Below, one piece after another: positions 9,839 through 20,658 of a DNA stretch of 64,000 nucleotides. Below the pieces are notes generated by a model that searched no databases, was not told where the DNA came from, and saw nothing but the letters and a program-made list of their open reading frames with translations. The translations under genes and the position numbers were made by a program. Origin of the DNA: Oceanispirochaeta sp. (GTDB lineage Bacteria; Spirochaetota; Spirochaetia; DSM-2461). Numbering within the stretch: position 1 is the first letter of the stretch; every line of letters starts with the position of its first letter. The stretch is from assembly GCA_963666275.2 (NCBI GenBank), contig CAXXOA010000001.1:256001-320000 (forward strand), in the 5' to 3' direction.

Positions 9839-10570
9839 ATGAATCGGCTTATCAAAGACAGCTACATACCCCTGGGGGCCCGTCCGCTGGGGGATAATCA
9901 TAAAAGCGTCCAGATCCTGACCTCCCGGAACGGCCTTCTCTATGCGGCAGCCTTCGGTGCAGGGGGGAAACAGAGCCGTTTGCGTGCCCTTATCCAGCCC
10001 TTCTCTCTGTGCGAAGGGGAGCTCTATTTTGATCCTGTGAAAAATCTCTGGCGACTGAAAGACGGAAACTGTCTGGAGATGCGTGACTCCTTCCATGAAA
10101 ACCTGAGTAAGTACTACGCCGCTCTTTTCTGGAGTGAACTTATACGCAAAACCGACGGGGGAGCCGGATCACACGATTTCTTCCAGCTGACCCGGACCTT
10201 TCTGCAGACCCTGGAACGGACGGATCACCCGAATGCTCCCACCATCCTTGTCACCGGGATCTGGCATTTTCTGGATCTGGAGGGAATCCGTCCTGATCTC
10301 AATAACTGCTCCCGCTGCGGCAGAACAGCTCCTGTAAACAAGGCTGTCTGTTACGATACAGAAGGCCATGTGGTCTGCTCCTCCTGCCGACTGGGACATC
10401 TTCCTGTGCTTTCTGCCGGGGGAAGGTCCTACCTGAATGGAGAGAGAGAGTTCCCCTCTCTCCGGTTTGACAGGGAGACCCTCCTGGATTATCTCCTCTC
10501 TATCCTGGTTTCCTCTTCGGGATTCCGCTTTGATCAGGCCGGTATCGATATCATTCTGGGGGCGTCCTGA
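9839..10570 (+). CDS. recO: DNA repair protein RecO
   Basis: N-terminal OB fold (ILTSRNGLL, QPFS), C4 zinc finger CSRCG...CSSC; start uncertain (9812 or 9839). Confidence 0.85.
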   Translation: MNRLIKDSYIPLGARPLGDNHKSVQILTSRNGLLYAAAFGAGGKQSRLRALIQPFSLCEGELYFDPVKNLWRLKDGNCLEMRDSFHENLSKYYAALFWSELIRKTDGGAGSHDFFQLTRTFLQTLERTDHPNAPTILVTGIWHFLDLEGIRPDLNNCSRCGRTAPVNKAVCYDTEGHVVCSSCRLGHLPVLSAGGRSYLNGEREFPSLRFDRETLLDYLLSILVSSSGFRFDQAGIDIILGAS

Positions 10571-10668
10571 AAGAGAATAGGGGCATATGGCTCTGTTTCT
10601 CTATCCGTCTGTCTCCAGTATTATAGGAAAATACCTTCTTTTTTTTAAAAAAATACTCCTTTTTTTTA

Positions 10669-10697
10669 TTGATGGATTTCTATCAAACCAGTATGAT
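10669..10697 (+). promoter_or_regulatory. Putative promoter of MCP gene
   Basis: TTGATG-17-TATGAT. Confidence 0.45.
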
Positions 10698-10756
10698 TTA
10701 GTTCGTGGTTTAATAGAGGTTAACAATTTAATAAGACAAGTAAAAAGGACGGATTC

Positions 10757-12856
10757 ATGAAAGAGGACAAATCGGCAGTGCATTTCAGGGACACTCTCAC
10801 TTTTTCATTCATTAAATATTTTCTGATCTTTCAGATAATCATTTTTGCCGCTCTGGGACTACTCATGAGAAAAGTAGCCAATGAGATGGTGTTCCGAAGT
10901 CAGGAACAGCAGATGATGATCATTGCGGATTCTCTGGAAGACACTGTCAGCGGAACCATCAGAGGCATGGCCAATCTCGTGTATTCCTATGCGCAGAACA
11001 CCGCATTCCGGGATGGACTGACCGGGGGGGATCTCTTTCAGTCTGACAGCCTGATCAAGCTCATTGAAGAGCAGGATATGTATATTGATTCTGTATTTCT
11101 GGCAGATAAAGAGGGGATCATAAGAGCTTCCAATCAGTTCAATATCCTGCGGGTGGATATTTCCGAACGGGACTACTTTCAGGCCGTTACAGCCGGCAGG
11201 GAACAGAAATTCGTGGAAAAGACCGCGATCATATCAAAAGCCTCGGGAGAACCTGTCATTGTCATCGCCGCCCCCATAATGAACAGGACTGAAGTTGTCG
11301 GAATGCTGGGGATCTCTATTGATCTGGGCAGTTTCGGGCGCATTGTGGTGGCCAACAAACAGATCGGCCAGACAGGTTATGCCTATGTGATTGATCATAG
11401 TGATCATGTTATCGTCCACCCGGATCCGGAGCTTATCTTATATGATGCGGGGCAATGGGATTTTATCACCCAGGCGAAATCGGAAGGGAGCAGTCATCTG
11501 TATATGCCCTACACTTTCGAAGGAGAATCGAAGCAGGCTGCCTTTGCCCGGCTGGATGGACTGGACTGGATGGTGGTTGTAACCATTCCGGATAGGGAGG
11601 TGGCCGCCCTTGCTGCCAGACTGACGGAGATACTGGTCCTGGCGATTCTGGTGACAAGCCTTCTGATTGCAGGATTCCTCTTCTTTCTGATTAAATTTAA
11701 GGTCACCGACAGGCTGAAAAACCTGGAACAGCTCATGGGACTGGCCGCTCAGGGAAGCCTGAGCGACCGGGGGATTGAGAAAGGGAAGGATGAATTGTCT
11801 TCCATCATCAGAAGTTACAATACCATGATCGAAGCTCTGAGCGGTTTCTGTTCGAATATCCATCAGCAGCTCCATGTTATGGAAGAGGGCGGAAGCGATC
11901 TGGCCGCCAATATGGAGGAGACCGCAGCCGCAGTGGAGTAGATTCAGGCCAATGTGGGCAGTTCGATGAGCCAGTTCCGTACTCAGGAAGAGAGTGTGGA
12001 TGCCACGGTTTCGGCTGTGGAGCATATGACTGCCAATATTGAAGCTCTGGATCAGAACATAGGCCGGCAGAGCAGCAGCATCGTGGATTCTTCTTCGGCT
12101 GTAGAGGAGCTGATCGCCCAGATTCAGGCGATCTCAAGTTCTGCGGAGGATGCTCAGGGCTGTATGAATGATCTTGTGACCTCATCTGAAAGCGGTCGGT
12201 CCAATCTCCAGTCCGTTTCAGCTATGGTCACAACCATTTCGGACAAATCGAAGGAGCTGGAAGATGCCAACGCTCTGATTTCTGGAATTGCCGCCAGAAC
12301 CAATCTTCTGGCTATGAATGCCGCCATTGAAGCGGCTCATGCAGGAGATGCCGGACGGGGATTCGCCGTCGTGGCCGATGAAATCCGGAAACTGGCGGAG
12401 CAGTCCACAGGCCAGTCCACCCAGGTAAAACAATCCATAGGTGAAATCAAAGCCTTTATTCAGGATGTGGTCCGGGGATCGGAAGTCTCGGACAGATCTT
12501 TCGAAGAGATACGCAGCCATATCAGCAGGATGGAGGGGATTACCCGTGAAATCCGCTCCTCCATGGCTGAGCAGGCTTCAGGAAGCAGTCTGATCCTGGG
12601 AACCCTTGAGGATATGCGGGAGAACTCCTCTCTGGTTCAGGCTGGCTCTGAGAAGATGACCCGGGACAACCGGGTGATACTGGATGCCGTGGGCAGGCTC
12701 AAAGAGGTGAACCGGAATCTGAATCTGGCCATGCGTGAGATCACAGGGGGGATCGAAGAGATCAACCAGTCTGTATTGAACATTACAGGGCTTTCGGAAC
12801 GTAACAGGGAAAGCATTGAAGGGGTGCGCGATGACGCTTCCCGGTATACAATCTAG
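10757..12856 (+). pseudogene. Methyl-accepting chemotaxis protein (dCache-HAMP-MA) interrupted by an in-frame TAG at 11939-11941
   Basis: ORFs 10757..11941 and 11954..12856 share a frame separated only by TAG; signalling hairpin [34 protein letters not shown] in second part. Confidence 0.85.
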
Positions 12857-12859
12857 GGT

Positions 12860-13408
12860 ATGAAAAGACTTTTTCTGGCCCTGCCTCTCTCTCCGGAGGG
12901 AGCCCGTGCTCTCTGGCATGCCTGGGAGCCTCTCCGTTTCAGCCGCATCCGATGGGTCCCTGCTGAACAGTTTCATATTACCCTTGTCTTTCTGGGAGAG
13001 ACAGAGGAGCGGGAGATTCCTGTGATTGTGGAAAGTATGGAAAAGACGGGAGCGTCCTTTTCATCCTTTCCTGTTCTGACCGGAGGGCCCGGCGCCTTCC
13101 CCGGGAAGAAGGGCCCCCGGGTCCTCTTCGAATCCTTTCGGGAAGGCGGAGACCGGATCGCTGAGATCCAGAAGGATCTATCAGGACGGCTTTCTCCCTT
13201 TTTTACTCTGGAAAAGAGGAAATTCCATCCCCATATAACCACCGCCAGGATCAGGCCCGGCACAGGACTACCTTCCGGATTTATTCCCCACGGGGGGACT
13301 TCTCCTGTCAGGGATACACTGAACCGGATTGTCCTGTTCGAATCGGTCCTCTCTTCCCGGGGGGCGGAGTATTACCCCCTGCATGAAACACCCCTGAACA
13401 GGAGTTGA
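12860..13408 (+). CDS. thpR: RNA 2',3'-cyclic phosphodiesterase (2H phosphoesterase)
   Basis: RLFLAL start, two HxT motifs (HITLVFLG, PHITTAR), LFESVL. Confidence 0.9.
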   Translation: MKRLFLALPLSPEGARALWHAWEPLRFSRIRWVPAEQFHITLVFLGETEEREIPVIVESMEKTGASFSSFPVLTGGPGAFPGKKGPRVLFESFREGGDRIAEIQKDLSGRLSPFFTLEKRKFHPHITTARIRPGTGLPSGFIPHGGTSPVRDTLNRIVLFESVLSSRGAEYYPLHETPLNRS

Positions 13409-13486
13409 GGACTGACCTGTTCCTGCGAAAATGGACAGGGACTCTGACTGTTGTATAATAGGGATTGAGAGGAACAGGAGGCGCTC

Positions 13487-14791
13487 ATGCGGGCAGCAGA
13501 TTTGATTATGAAAAAACGGGACGGACAGGTCCTGAGTTACGGGGAGCTCCGGTTTTTTATCGAAGGGTATGTTGCAGGTGAAATACCCGACTATCAGGCC
13601 GCTTCCTGGCTGATGGCTGTCTATTTCAAAGGCATGTCTGCGGAGGAAACAGGAAATCTGACCAAACTGATGATGCACTCCGGAAAGGTTCTTGATCTGT
13701 CTTCTCTCAAAGGCCCGCTTGTGGATAAACACTCCACCGGAGGGGTGGGGGATAAAACCTCTCTGATACTGGCCCCTGTCGCCGCAGCCTGCGGAGTACA
13801 GGTTCCCATGATGAGCGGGAGAGCCCTGGGGCATACAGGGGGGACCCTTGATAAGCTGGAATCCCTGAAAGGGTACAATGTCACTTTCACCGAACCGGAG
13901 ATCCTCAGGATCCTCAGGGAAACAGGGTACATTGTCATGGGACAGACCGAGCACATTGTGCCGGCAGACAGAAAAATGTACGCCCTGAGGGATGTGACTG
14001 CCACAGTGGAGTCCATACCCCTGATCACCGCCAGTATCCTGAGCAAAAAACTGGCCGAAGGGGCGGACTCCCTGGTGTTTGATGTGAAATGCGGTTCCGG
14101 GGCTTTTATGAAAAATGAAGAGGCCGCCCTGGAACTGGCGGATTCTCTTGTGAATACAGGAAAAGCCATGGGCCGGAAGATCATAGCTCTTATCACAGCC
14201 ATGGACGAACCCCTGGGAAATATGGTCGGCAATTTCCTGGAAGTGGAAGAGGCCTGGGAGTGCCTGCAGGGCCGCGGGCCTGAGGATCTTATGGAGGTGT
14301 CAATGGCTCTGGCCGCCCGGATGCTGATGGCCGCAGGAGTCTGTACAAATCCTGAAAAAGCACTTTTCCTTTGCCGGGAAAAAATTGATAATGGGGAAGC
14401 TTCCCGGATCTTTCTGGAGAACCTGAAATCCCAGGGAGGAGATCCCGACTGGTTCCGGGAGAATGCCGGTTCCTGGCGGGCACCTGTGCGGAGAGTTCTC
14501 AAAGCGTCCGCTGCGGGATATATAAGCCGGATTGATGCCTTTCAAACGGGAATGGCCGGGATCAGCCTGGGAGTCGGCCGCAGCAGGGCCGGAGATCCTG
14601 TGGAACCCCATACGGGGATACGGTTTTTTGCCAAAACCGGAGATTTTGTTGAGAAAAATGAAGCGGTCTGTGAAATTTTCGCCTTAAGTAATCAGCAGGC
14701 GGATGAGGCTCTCGGGATTATGGAGAGGGCCGTGAAGACAGACCCTGAAAAACCCGAAGTCATTCCCAGGATCCTTCGGGAAATAACCTAG
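13487..14791 (+). CDS. pdp: Pyrimidine-nucleoside/thymidine phosphorylase
   Basis: DKHSTGGVGDK, SGRALGHTGGTLDKLES, YALRDVTATV. Confidence 0.95.
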   Translation: MRAADLIMKKRDGQVLSYGELRFFIEGYVAGEIPDYQAASWLMAVYFKGMSAEETGNLTKLMMHSGKVLDLSSLKGPLVDKHSTGGVGDKTSLILAPVAAACGVQVPMMSGRALGHTGGTLDKLESLKGYNVTFTEPEILRILRETGYIVMGQTEHIVPADRKMYALRDVTATVESIPLITASILSKKLAEGADSLVFDVKCGSGAFMKNEEAALELADSLVNTGKAMGRKIIALITAMDEPLGNMVGNFLEVEEAWECLQGRGPEDLMEVSMALAARMLMAAGVCTNPEKALFLCREKIDNGEASRIFLENLKSQGGDPDWFRENAGSWRAPVRRVLKASAAGYISRIDAFQTGMAGISLGVGRSRAGDPVEPHTGIRFFAKTGDFVEKNEAVCEIFALSNQQADEALGIMERAVKTDPEKPEVIPRILREIT

Positions 14792-14792
14792 T

Positions 14793-16895
14793 ATGAAATG
14801 GAATAAAAAAGATATAGATCCCCTGAGGGTCAGGAGTCTGTCGGAAAAGATGCATATCGATCTCCTTCAGGCCTCCATACTGGTCAGGAGAGGGATCAGC
14901 GATGAGGATTTCCTCTATTTTCTGGAAGATGATTTACGGTATCTCCACAACCCTTTTCTGTTCGGTCAGATGAGCGATGCAGTGGACCGGGTTCATGCCG
15001 CCATGGATGAAAATGAAAAGGTCATGATCTACGGCGACAGGGACGTGGACGGAGTGACTTCGACAGTACTGCTCTATGAAACCCTGATGGGTCTGGGGCT
15101 GGACGTGGAGTGGCGGGTTCCTGTGGGGAACGATGTCTACGGACTGAGCGAAGAAGCCGTTGAGGAATTCGCCTCCCGTGACGGGACTCTCCTTTTCTGC
15201 GTGGACTGCGGAATCTCCAACTACAGAGAGATTGAAAAGGCCAACTCCTTGGGAGTGGACACCATCATCCTGGATCATCATATTCCCCGTGAGGGAGATC
15301 TGCCCGATGCCTTTGCCATCATAAACCCCCGGGTCAAGGAGGATACCTATCCTTTCGAAGGTCTGGCGGGATGCGGTGTTGTCTCCAAAATGATATGGGC
15401 TCTCTGTTTCTCTCAGACCGAGCTTTACAATCAGGGCTATGCCTTTCTGAATGTTGATGCGGAAGCCCGGAAGTTTCAGATTTTCAAATATGTGAACCTT
15501 CTGGAGACAGACCGGCGGGAGTACTCTCTTGAAAGTTCCGTACCGCTGGATGAACTTTCAGCCTATCTGTCGGGTTGGCTCCTGTTTACCTATGGTCTGG
15601 CTGATCAGAAAGAGGGATTTTCCCGGATCTTCGGCAAAGCAGCAGATCTTCATATCGCTGATATCTCCCAGGAGATCTGCCGGGACTTTCCCTCTCTTCA
15701 GGGGCGGCACTTCCGGGAGCTGCGGGACAACAGCCGCTATGCCCGTTACGCAGCCGAACCCGATAACGGCCGGGCATTTCTCTATCTCTTTTCAGGTCTT
15801 ATGCTCAAAAGGTACTCCCGGGAGTTTGATCCCTTTACAAAGGCTCTGGATCTGGTTGCTCTGGGGACTCTGGCGGATTTGATGCCTCTGACCGATGAAA
15901 ACCGCATCCTTGTCAGAAAAGGACTGCCCTCCCTGGTCCGTCCGGATCGGCCGGGACTGCGGGAACTGTTTATCCGGCAGAGAATTCTGGGGCGCCCTCT
16001 GGAGACCTCAGATGTTTCCTGGCTGATCTCCCCCTGGATTAATTCAGCCGGAAGGATGGGGAAGGCCGACCGGGCCGTGGAGCTCCTTCTGACCCCCGAT
16101 GATGCCAGACGCTCATCTCTTGCGGATGAGATGCATGAGATCAATGGGGAGAGGAAAAAACTGGGAGATACCCTCTGGGAAGAGGCCGCCGGTGAAGCCC
16201 GGGAGCAGATGGAGAAATTTCATAACAAGCTGATCCTTGTCAGCAGACTTGCGGTTCCCCGGGGATTGACCGGAATCGTGGCCTCCCGGATGGTCAACAG
16301 CTTCCGGATGCCTGCGATCATCCTCTCCAGACAGGATGACGGGACCCTTTCCGGATCCGTGCGTAGCCCCGAGGACTGCCCTGTCCGTCCCATCCTGGAG
16401 AGCATGACAGAGCTCTTCAATGACTTCGGCGGGCACGACTGCGCCGCAGGATTCAGTCTGGATGCCTCAAAGGAGGAGCTTTTCTACAGGAAACTCTCGG
16501 ATTTTACAAAAGACTGGGAGCCCGGAGACCGGGAGGAACCGGTTCCCGATGTGGATGCGGAGATTCCCCATAGCTATCTCAATCCCTCCCTCTGGGAGAT
16601 GACAGCCTCCATGGAGCCTTTCGGAGAAGGATACAGACCTCTGATTTTCTACAGTGCGGGCCTGCTTGTGGAAAAAGCCGATCATATAGGAAAGGATCCC
16701 CAGAATCATCTGAAATTCCTCCTGTCCGCGGGAGAGCATAAATTCCCGGCCCTGTACTGGAATGGAGCAGAGAAATTTCAGGATTTTATGCGGCCTGACA
16801 ATAAGGTAAATATGCTTTATCATATTAAAAGGAATTACTACATGAACAAGGAAACCCTGCAGTTGGTTATCCTTGATATGGAGCCGTCTGAATGA
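14793..16895 (+). CDS. recJ: ssDNA exonuclease RecJ (long form with internal insertion)
   Basis: YGDRDVDG, VDCG, DHH, GTLADLMPL, INSAGRM, GGHDCAAG. Confidence 0.95.
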   Translation: MKWNKKDIDPLRVRSLSEKMHIDLLQASILVRRGISDEDFLYFLEDDLRYLHNPFLFGQMSDAVDRVHAAMDENEKVMIYGDRDVDGVTSTVLLYETLMGLGLDVEWRVPVGNDVYGLSEEAVEEFASRDGTLLFCVDCGISNYREIEKANSLGVDTIILDHHIPREGDLPDAFAIINPRVKEDTYPFEGLAGCGVVSKMIWALCFSQTELYNQGYAFLNVDAEARKFQIFKYVNLLETDRREYSLESSVPLDELSAYLSGWLLFTYGLADQKEGFSRIFGKAADLHIADISQEICRDFPSLQGRHFRELRDNSRYARYAAEPDNGRAFLYLFSGLMLKRYSREFDPFTKALDLVALGTLADLMPLTDENRILVRKGLPSLVRPDRPGLRELFIRQRILGRPLETSDVSWLISPWINSAGRMGKADRAVELLLTPDDARRSSLADEMHEINGERKKLGDTLWEEAAGEAREQMEKFHNKLILVSRLAVPRGLTGIVASRMVNSFRMPAIILSRQDDGTLSGSVRSPEDCPVRPILESMTELFNDFGGHDCAAGFSLDASKEELFYRKLSDFTKDWEPGDREEPVPDVDAEIPHSYLNPSLWEMTASMEPFGEGYRPLIFYSAGLLVEKADHIGKDPQNHLKFLLSAGEHKFPALYWNGAEKFQDFMRPDNKVNMLYHIKRNYYMNKETLQLVILDMEPSE

Positions 16896-17845
16896 AAAAA
16901 ATCCTGTTAACCCCCACAATCCTTTTTCTGCTGTCCCTTTTCCCTCTCTGGAGTGTGGATTTCCATATTCCCGATCAGATCCATCCCGGTGAAATCCTGA
17001 CCGTTCTTGTCAGGGAGTGCCGTCCTGACGATTCGGTCCGGTTCATTCTGGTTGATCAGGAGGGAAAGAAGCAGGCCCTTGTGGAGGGGATCCCTTTTAA
17101 AGATACAGATCTGACCGGTGAAAACCGTCTGGGACTGATCGGTATGGACTCCTCTCTGCCAGTGGGAAACTATACCGTCCGGGCGGAAGTGGAAAGCCCC
17201 GTCCGGTCCCTGGAGTTTCATAAACCCCTTCTTGTGAGGACCACAGATTTCCGCAGCGAAGATATTCCTCTCAATCAGGCTATGAGTGATCTCAGGAGCA
17301 GCGATGATCCTGAAAAACTGGCCCAGTCCCGGAAGCTCTGGTCCGTACTGGCGGGAGTGACCCCCGGGGAAGCCTCAGTAAGTCCTCTTATGATCTCTCC
17401 GGTGGAGGACTATATCATGACCTCATGGTTCGGTGACCGCAGGCGTTTTCTCTATTCCGACGGAGGAGTGGGCAGTTCTGTCCATACCGGTGTGGATATG
17501 GCGGCAGATACGGGGACTCCCATCCTGGCCCCCCTGGCGGGGAAGGTTGTGATGGCGGAGTTCCGGATCCTCACGGGGAACAGTGTTGTGCTGGAGCATT
17601 TTCCCGGCATCTATTCTCTCTACTACCATATGGATTCTCTGGATGTGGAAGAGGGGCAGGAGCTGGTTCAGGGGGACAGGATCGGTGATCTGGGATCTAC
17701 CGGACTGGTGACGGGGCCTCATCTCCACTGGGAACTCAGGGTGAATACAATTCCTGTTGATCCCATGAAATATTTGGAGCGGGGACTTATTGACAAAGAT
17801 GAAATTATGAATATGATAGATTCTACTATACAAGAAGGGAGGTGA
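16892..17845 (+). CDS. M23 family metallopeptidase with signal peptide
   Basis: HTGVD and HLH zinc motifs, TGPHLHWE, VDP. Confidence 0.9.
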   Translation: MKKILLTPTILFLLSLFPLWSVDFHIPDQIHPGEILTVLVRECRPDDSVRFILVDQEGKKQALVEGIPFKDTDLTGENRLGLIGMDSSLPVGNYTVRAEVESPVRSLEFHKPLLVRTTDFRSEDIPLNQAMSDLRSSDDPEKLAQSRKLWSVLAGVTPGEASVSPLMISPVEDYIMTSWFGDRRRFLYSDGGVGSSVHTGVDMAADTGTPILAPLAGKVVMAEFRILTGNSVVLEHFPGIYSLYYHMDSLDVEEGQELVQGDRIGDLGSTGLVTGPHLHWELRVNTIPVDPMKYLERGLIDKDEIMNMIDSTIQEGR

Positions 17846-17851
17846 TTTCGT

Positions 17852-18055
17852 ATCGCCAACATAAGAGTTAACGACGATGAGCCGCTTGAAAAAGCGATCA
17901 AACGTTTCAAACGTATGGTGGAAAAGGAAGGTATTATCCGGGAATATAAAAAACGGGAATACTATGAAAAACCTTCCACTATCAAAAACCGCAAGAAAAA
18001 AGCGATGGCCCGCAAACAGGCTAAAAAGCTGAGAAAACTGCAGGGTGGAAAATAA
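17852..18055 (+). CDS. rpsU: 30S ribosomal protein bS21 (not in ORF track; ATC start)
   Basis: Manual translation (M)[41 protein letters not shown]...; SD GGAGGTGAT at 17838-17846. Confidence 0.95.
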   Translation: MANIRVNDDEPLEKAIKRFKRMVEKEGIIREYKKREYYEKPSTIKNRKKKAMARKQAKKLRKLQGGK

Positions 18056-18075
18056 TCGTTGTTTTTGTAAGAGAG

Positions 18076-18100
18076 AAGAGGTCTACGGGCCTCTTTTTTT
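18076..18100 (+). terminator. Intrinsic terminator after rpsU
   Basis: AAGAGGTC-TACG-GGCCTCTT followed by T-run. Confidence 0.85.
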
Positions 18101-18172
18101 ATTTATAACCTTTTTCCGGATCCGGCGGTATATCCCTTCCAACCCCTATCATAGACAATAGAGACAAATACA

Positions 18173-18206
18173 TTGTTGTCGAGTTTTAAACATAGTATAC
18201 TAAATA
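18173..18206 (+). promoter_or_regulatory. Putative distal ectA promoter overlapped by EctR-like pseudopalindrome
   Basis: TTGTTG-17-TATACT; AACATAGT-AT-ACTAAATA at 18189-18206. Confidence 0.5.
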
Positions 18207-18301
18207 TTAGAGAACACTAAGGTATAATGGTTAATAGTGCAATTAAAGGTGTTTTAAACGACTAATCTTTGTTTGAGTTGGAAAAATATTGCCAATTCCA
18301 A

Positions 18302-18335
18302 TTGACATAGATATAAATAATTATTAGGGTACAAA
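18302..18335 (+). promoter_or_regulatory. Putative proximal ectA promoter with second operator-like site
   Basis: TTGACA-17-TAGGGT; TTAG-GGTA-CAAA at 18324-18335. Confidence 0.45.
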
Positions 18336-18357
18336 TCAAATTAAGAGGAGAACTTTC

Positions 18358-18873
18358 ATGGAATCCGACATTATTATCAGAGAACCCCACAGTACCGACG
18401 GATATGATATCTATCGTCTGATAGCGGAATGTCCTCCCCTGGATACCAATTCGTGCTATGCCAATCTTCTGCAGGCAACGCACTTTTTTCGTACTTCCGC
18501 CATTGCCTGCCGCGGCAGTGATGCCGTGGGATTTGTATCAGGGTATCTCATCCCGGGGCAGAGCGATGTGCTCTTTATCTGGCAGGTGGCGGTTTCAGAA
18601 GATGCCCGGGGTTGTGGACTGGCTGTCAGAATGATCGCGGATATTCTGAACAGGGAGTGGTGCCGGAAGGTCCGCTACCTTCATACAACCATTACAAAAG
18701 CCAATCTTCCGTCCCGGTCTCTTTTCAAAAAAGTAAGCCGTCTTCTGGGGACCGGCCTCAGAGAACAGGATTTCTTCGGCAGCGAGACCCACTTTGCCGG
18801 AAAGAAAGAGTCGGAGTATCTCTTTGTGATCGGTCCTTTTGATCATGATGAAGCTTCCGCCCTGCAGATCTGA
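18358..18873 (+). CDS. ectA: Diaminobutyrate acetyltransferase
   Basis: CPPLDTNSCYANLL, LFIWQVAV, TTITKAN. Confidence 0.95.
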   Translation: MESDIIIREPHSTDGYDIYRLIAECPPLDTNSCYANLLQATHFFRTSAIACRGSDAVGFVSGYLIPGQSDVLFIWQVAVSEDARGCGLAVRMIADILNREWCRKVRYLHTTITKANLPSRSLFKKVSRLLGTGLREQDFFGSETHFAGKKESEYLFVIGPFDHDEASALQI

Positions 18874-18896
18874 ATCCTTCGGGGGCCTTTTTTTAA

Positions 18897-20273
<1,377 letters not shown>

Positions 20274-20274
20274 T

Positions 20275-20658
20275 ATGATTCTTACATCACTGGAGAAAGC
20301 CTGCCTGGACGGACAGGAAATTCACTCTCCCGGAGGGGGGTGGAAAAGTGTCAGGATGATACTGAAAGATCAGAACATGGGGTTCTCCTTTCATATCACC
20401 ACCATTTTTAAAAATGCGGATTTTTACATGCACTATCAGAACCATCTGGAATCGGTGTATTGTATTTCCGGACGGGGAGAAATTACCGATCTGGAGACAG
20501 GCAGGGTGCATACTATTGAACCGGGAACCCTGTACGCTCTGGATAAACACGATAAACACCGTCTCCATGCTCTGGAAGAGCTGGAGCTGGCATGTGTTTT
20601 CAATCCTCCCCTGACAGGCCGGGAAGTTCACAACAAGGAAGGATCTTATGATATCTGA
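20275..20658 (+). CDS. ectC: Ectoine synthase (cupin)
   Basis: MGFSFHITTI, HYQNHLESVYC, YALDKHDKH, CVFNPPLTGREVH; ATG 20275 right after ectB stop. Confidence 0.97.
   Translation: MILTSLEKACLDGQEIHSPGGGWKSVRMILKDQNMGFSFHITTIFKNADFYMHYQNHLESVYCISGRGEITDLETGRVHTIEPGTLYALDKHDKHRLHALEELELACVFNPPLTGREVHNKEGSYDI

Noticed and set aside
12854..12862. Genome-wide amber recoding or MCP-ThpR fusion (TAG GGT ATG in frame)
   Set aside because: TAG ends pdp, ansA and the deaminase at normal C-termini; thpR has its own -10; frame match is a 1-in-3 chance
17843..17852. TGA readthrough or selenocysteine fusing M23 peptidase to bS21
   Set aside because: A strong SD overlaps this stop, supporting independent initiation; an exported peptidase fused to a ribosomal protein is implausible
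18205..18220. AGAACACTA half-match to the sugar-regulon operator upstream of ectA
   Set aside because: Only one half-site; no palindromic partner
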